A stretch of 64,000 bases of DNA, from contig CP154954.1 in NCBI GenBank assembly GCA_039621445.1, forward strand, positions 42,840,632 to 42,904,631, read 5' to 3'. Origin of the DNA: Euglena gracilis (Eukaryota). Below, piece after piece: positions 59,264 to 64,000 of this stretch. The translations under genes and the position numbers were made by a program. How positions within the stretch are numbered: position 1 is the first letter of the stretch; every line of letters starts with the position of its first letter. The notes below the pieces were generated by a model. It ran no database searches and was not told the origin of the DNA. It was given only the letters and a program-made list of their open reading frames with translations.

Positions 59264-61259
59264 CTGCAAAAAAATTGGAGGTGAAAAAAAAAACAAAAAT
59301 TCACCCACAAAAAATTTTTGGCGCTTTGCGCCGAAAATGTTTTCGAAGCGGGAGTGGACCGGGGCATTGGCAGGATGTGGTGAGGTAACAAAACAACACA
59401 TCGAAGAAGGGCGGCATACCACAACCACCCATTGCCGGCTTCAAATAAAGTGTCTCTTGCTATTCCACGGCATGTGAAGGATTGGCCTGAAAGAGTGACA
59501 TGGAAACATGGGGCTATATACGATGATGATTTCCTGCATCATGCGAGGCCCAATGGTTCCCCCCCTAAAACTCGCTGAGAGGGATACCCTTGTGGGGTGG
59601 AGGCACATGTGGGGGCTGCAACACTGAAAGGGTGCATTTGCTCCAGCCCAAGACTGTGGAACATCCACACAAAATGGTTTTAAATATGACAAACATGACA
59701 CCTTTTCTGAATTTTTGTTTCTGTATTGAAAATTGATTTGATGTATGAAAATGATTTTATATTATAAAGTATTATTATTAAATTTATTATTAATAATTGA
59801 TATTAGAAAAAATTATTATTGTATTAAAAAATTATTAACAGTATGAAGATGTGGTAAAGAAAACAGTTTGTGTGCGGGGAATGCAATGTGGTTTGCAATG
59901 TCAACACACTGCAGGGGGGGGGGGATGCGCGGGACAGCCCTCGGAAAAAATGCGCAAAAAATGCGCAAAAAAATGTGCTGAGTTTGTGACATTCCTAAGG
60001 GAAAAAGGACTGAGAAAAATTTCCAACAGTGAACCCAAAATTAAACCAAAATCACCAAAAAGAGCTGAAATGAAGGCATTTTGGCCAAAAAATGCATGAC
60101 CAAGGCGTCACTCTCCGTTCACCATAACCAACAATGTCAGCCATGGTTGTCCCTTACTTGTGACCAGGGGAGTGGGATTCCCGCCCTGGTTACGTGTCAA
60201 TGTGGGGTCTCTGAAACCCCTAGTGTCCTCATCGTCATTGGATGAATACCCACACCTCATCACCGAAGGGTTTTCTCTTGAGGCGGGTCCCTTGGGTGGA
60301 AAAAAAGTGCGAAAATGGGTTCGTTGGTTACAGAAATGGGTCAGTTGAATGTGGGCAAAATTCGGTGAGCATGTGATTTGGGTGGAAAATGTGCAAAAAA
60401 GGCAAATTGGGCAAAATTGGGCAAAAAAGGCGCAAAAATGGAGAATGTGCAAAATTGGGCAAAAAAATGGGCAAAAAAAATGGGCAAAAAAAATGGAAAA
60501 TGTGCAAAAAAATGCGCAAAAAAAATGCGAAAAAAATGCGCATTTTTGAAGAATTGACAAAAATGCGCAAAAAATGCAGAAAAATGCGCAACGCATCCCC
60601 CCCCCCCGCACACTGTTTGGCAATGCTCCTGCCCCTCCTAGCTGATCACAGGAGGTTGTGAAATGGAAGTTAGAAAGTTTTGAAAGCTATACTAAGGTCC
60701 ATTAGAAAGGGGACCGACCACAGCATACCAAACACCTTTTTTGAGGAAACCTGTCGTGCTGCACCTACTGAATGCATTTGGAAATGACTTCCTTTCAACA
60801 AAAAAGGGGTGACAATGGTCCAAAGTGATCGCATTTGGGCTGTGAAATGGCACAGAATATCGAGTGGGCAAACAGGTGGCCAAAACTGCTTACAAAGGAA
60901 TATAGGAGGCCATTTGATATAACCGACATTGCTATTGACATTGGCATAAACAGGATTATTTGAGAAATTCCCGGGTCATATCCAACACAACCTTGACTTC
61001 ACATCCTTTCTCTTGCTGCTTGTTTTATGTCCAACAAAACAAAAACAAAAAAAACAAAAAAAAAAAAAAAAAAAAAACAAAAAAAACACACCAACAAAAA
61101 AAAAAACAAAAAAAAAAAAACCAACAAGCAAACAAAAAATCAACAACAAAAAAAACAAAAAAACAGAAAAAAAAAAAAACCCCCCCCCCGCGCCCCCACC
61201 CCCATCGCCCCCCGACCCTCCCCCCCCCCCACCCCCCCCCCCCCCACCCCCACAAAAAA

Positions 61260-61294
<35 letters not shown>

Positions 61295-61487
61295 AGAGAT
61301 CCTTACCTTCTCTATCCGTCAGTGTCCAGACCCAAAATAATCAAAATAATGGATCGTCCCACACTCTGCTCACAGTGGAAGCACAGATCACGATGGCGTC
61401 ATGCGCAAATGCGTCCCCCGAGGTTCGACCCCGCATCACCATTTGCCAACAGTGGGCGTGTTTGCCTGGGTGAGTGTTCGCCCGCCA

Positions 61488-63898
61488 CTACACGCCGCGG
61501 GCGAACAGCACGCGGTGCAGCGCGGGCCGCAGCGCTAGCATCGCCGGCCGGCAGTGCTCGCGGATGTCGTCATCCACAAACAGGAGCGGCGCGCCACCCG
61601 CAGCGTGGGCAGCAACGACCGCCGCCTTCTCCCCACCCCGCCGGGCGCCCACAACGTGGATGGGCAGCGTGGCTGGTGCGCCGTGTGCCGTGAGGAACGC
61701 CCGCATGGAGTCGGGGCAGGGGAGGCCGGGGTCGGAGCGGGGGAGGTCTGGGCAGAAAGAGCCAGGCCCACTGGTTTGGAAGCCAAGTCAATTAGAAACC
61801 CGTCAGCAAAGCTTTCTGGTTACCTTCGAAAAAACTTGCCCGGTGACCAGTTTTGGGCCTTTCAGGAAGTCTGCCGTTTAATGCCCTGTATTCAAAATAG
61901 CCAGTCACGCCTCGGCCAGATGGTCGCATTGGCACGCCTTCTCCAGACAGGACCGTCCTTCGGGTGCTTTTAGTGAATGAAGTAAGTGTTGCCAACCTTT
62001 TTTATTTCCATAATACGCAATAAAACGTCATTCTTTAAAAAAAAAAGCAAAACGAAAATGCAACTCCCCCAATGAAATGAAGCGGACAGGACACGCCGCG
62101 ACGCGAACGTGGATCGGTTAACGTGGTGTTCGGCGAGGGACCCCCTGGGAGAGGTGCGGGTTCCGGGTCACGATGTGCACGTTGGGGTGGGCGCAGCAGA
62201 GCGCCACCAGCAGCGGGTCCACCGTGTGCTGCCCGGCGAGGGGGTCCCCGCCAGACGTGCGCAGGCCGGCTGGGCCCGGGCGTTGGGGCAGCAGGTGGGG
62301 GAGGCCACAAGAGGGCGAACCTTGGAGGTGATGCCGAAGGCGACGGAGGCACCACTGAAGAATGCGCACTCCCATAATCTTGCAACTGACCACAGTTTGC
62401 GCAAAGTGTGGGGGGATGTGTCAAACCACCGATCCAAGACGTGACAACAAGCAGGGCAGTCATTTTGCAAAAGAAATTTTCCAATCCAATGAATCCAGGG
62501 GAAATGGCCAAAAAAATAATATGGTCATAATATTGCCAAAAAAAAAAACGGTTCGACCCGGGAGGAAAAAAATGATTTCTGGCATCCTAGGACCATCCTC
62601 CATCCACCCAAAACATAAAAAAAATAGCTTTCCACTTGGTTAGTTTTCGACCTTCTGGCCCTTGGGCCAACCCCCTTGGGGGGGGGGGGTCGGTGGTTGA
62701 GTTTTTTCCCGTCCAAAAGGGAAAAAAATCCAGAAAGGAGGTTAAAAAAAACCGCCATTTTTTCAAACCCAAAACCGTCAATTTTTCTGGTGCTTTGAGC
62801 CGAAAAAAATTGCATTTGTGACAAAAATTTACCTAAAATGGCCGACTTTGGGAGGAGAATTCTTCAGCCCGGAGCTCCGCACAAAACTGAAAATCTGGCC
62901 AAACTTCTGAAAAGGTGTCCTCCGACCGGGGGTAGAGGTCATTGGGGGGGTGACGGCGGTCCTTAAGGGGTCCTTTACAAAAAAAGAATCTGTTCCCTCA
63001 AGGACCACCCTGACAACGAGGCAGTCGCCTGGTTCGCGTGGAGGCGACCGTGCGATCGAAGTCCAGGAAGACGGCCCCTGGGCGAAGTTGCTCCACCAGC
63101 TCCATCCTGGACAAGCCCCTGCAGTCCATCACCCCCCCCCCCAGGCATCGTATTAACCCTGGTGCGCTCGCCCTCCAGTGCCGGTGTCGGTGCCGCATGC
63201 TGCCGCTTGCCACATGGCGGAGGGAGGGGCTTGGGCACCAGCTCGCCGTCCCCACGCCACAGGGCGCAGGCCTCGCAGCTCCACAGGTCGCACACGAAGC
63301 ACTTGGCGGCGTGCGGGCAGAAGGCCCGGCGGTCGCAGCTGCTGCGGAAGGGGCATCCCCTGCGGGGCCCAGCACTGGCACGGCTCTCGGAAAGAAAAAG
63401 CGAAGGGCACGAGCGTGAGGGGGTGGCAGTTTTGCAATGTTTTTGAGTGAGGATCAGCCACTTGTAGCCTGACGGCGTGACCGTGAAGACAATATAAAGC
63501 AAGAACTGTGGGACCACAGCACCTGGATGATGTTAATCACGCATCAATTCGGGCAAACATCTTTCAACATCAAGAAAGGTTGGTTTCCTTCAAAACGTGG
63601 TTGCTGAGGTGAAAAACCAATCAAGCTGGAAGGAACACCTATGCAGCCACTGGTGGTCACGAACTGTACCAAAAACCTGGAGGCACACTGAACCAACCCT
63701 CCGCCAACATGAACACAGACCGATATTGGAGGAAGGAAAGAGGGGGATTTTGGCTGAGACCCGGTTGTCCCTCAGCTCGGGCGGTGGTCTCACACCGCAG
63801 GCACACGCCGCGGTTCACCCAAACCTTGTTGATGGGGCGGGCGCACACCGTGCACGGCGTGGAGCCGGAGAGGTGGCGCTGCGGCAGACATTGGTCGG
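61488..63898 (-). CDS. Cys-rich zinc-finger plus HAD hydrolase, copy 2 (exons ~63767-63898, 63237-63357, 63035-63106, 62151-62256, 61488-61712); probably continues beyond the window
   Basis: The extra upstream exon DQCLPQRHLSGSTPCTVCARPINKVWVNRGVCLRCETTARAEG joins RCPF in frame via intron 63358-63766; HAD motifs as in copy 1. Confidence 0.85.
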
Positions 63899-64000
63899 GG
63901 GCACAGCCCTTTCCGATTTTGTGGTGCTATTTTTTTTGTGGTGGCAGGGTTGATCGATGTTCGGCCCAGCTTGGAGCGCTAGGCCGAACATCAGCCAACA

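Larger units (their letters stand above)
39010..63441. repeat. Copy 2 of the large direct duplication, probably the alternative haplotype
   Basis: Collinear with 15240-38789, including the same MITEs, exons and microsatellites. Confidence 0.97.

Noticed and set aside
59510-59860. Strong divergence from copy 1 (34890-35480)
   Set aside because: Looks like low-quality consensus next to an AT-rich tract; cannot be called biological without reads.
61030-61292. Poly-Lys/Pro ORFs from an A/C-only insert (similar tracts at ~54782-54880 and ~55320-55385)
   Set aside because: Low-complexity sequence absent from copy 1; most likely unpolished long-read error.
63455-63517. Hydrophobic ORF start (FLLYIVFTVTPSGYKWLIL) as the N-terminus of the HAD protein
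   Set aside because: Falls inside intron 63358-63766, whose removal joins the Cys-rich exons in frame.

Overview
Eukaryotic genomic DNA, most likely from a euglenid such as Euglena (inferred from the intron type). Short GC-rich exons are separated by non-GT-AG introns whose ends base-pair (typically CAG at +4..+6 with CTG at -8..-6), so the long ORFs in the track are mostly not the real genes. Manual splicing gives, all on the minus strand: (1) a receptor-type class III adenylyl cyclase of about 22 exons (TM, extracellular domain, TM, HAMP, cyclase; ~25060 to 8621); (2) a Cys-rich zinc-finger plus HAD-hydrolase gene; (3) a small Cys-rich membrane peptide resembling Taximin; (4) fragments of two unresolved genes. 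The block ~15240-38789 recurs at ~39010-63441 across a 13-N gap and is probably two haplotypes joined by scaffolding. Introns and intergenic DNA are rich in MITEs: several CAGGG...CCCTG elements with 8-bp target-site duplications (hAT-like) and one with a TA duplication. A retroelement-like relic carries a GEAKHPGP motif and CCCH fingers. The most interesting inference is that the 3+5 nt geometry of the non-canonical introns equals removal of a CAG...CTG hAT-type element plus one 8-bp target-site duplication. All splice models were made by eye and need transcript confirmation.
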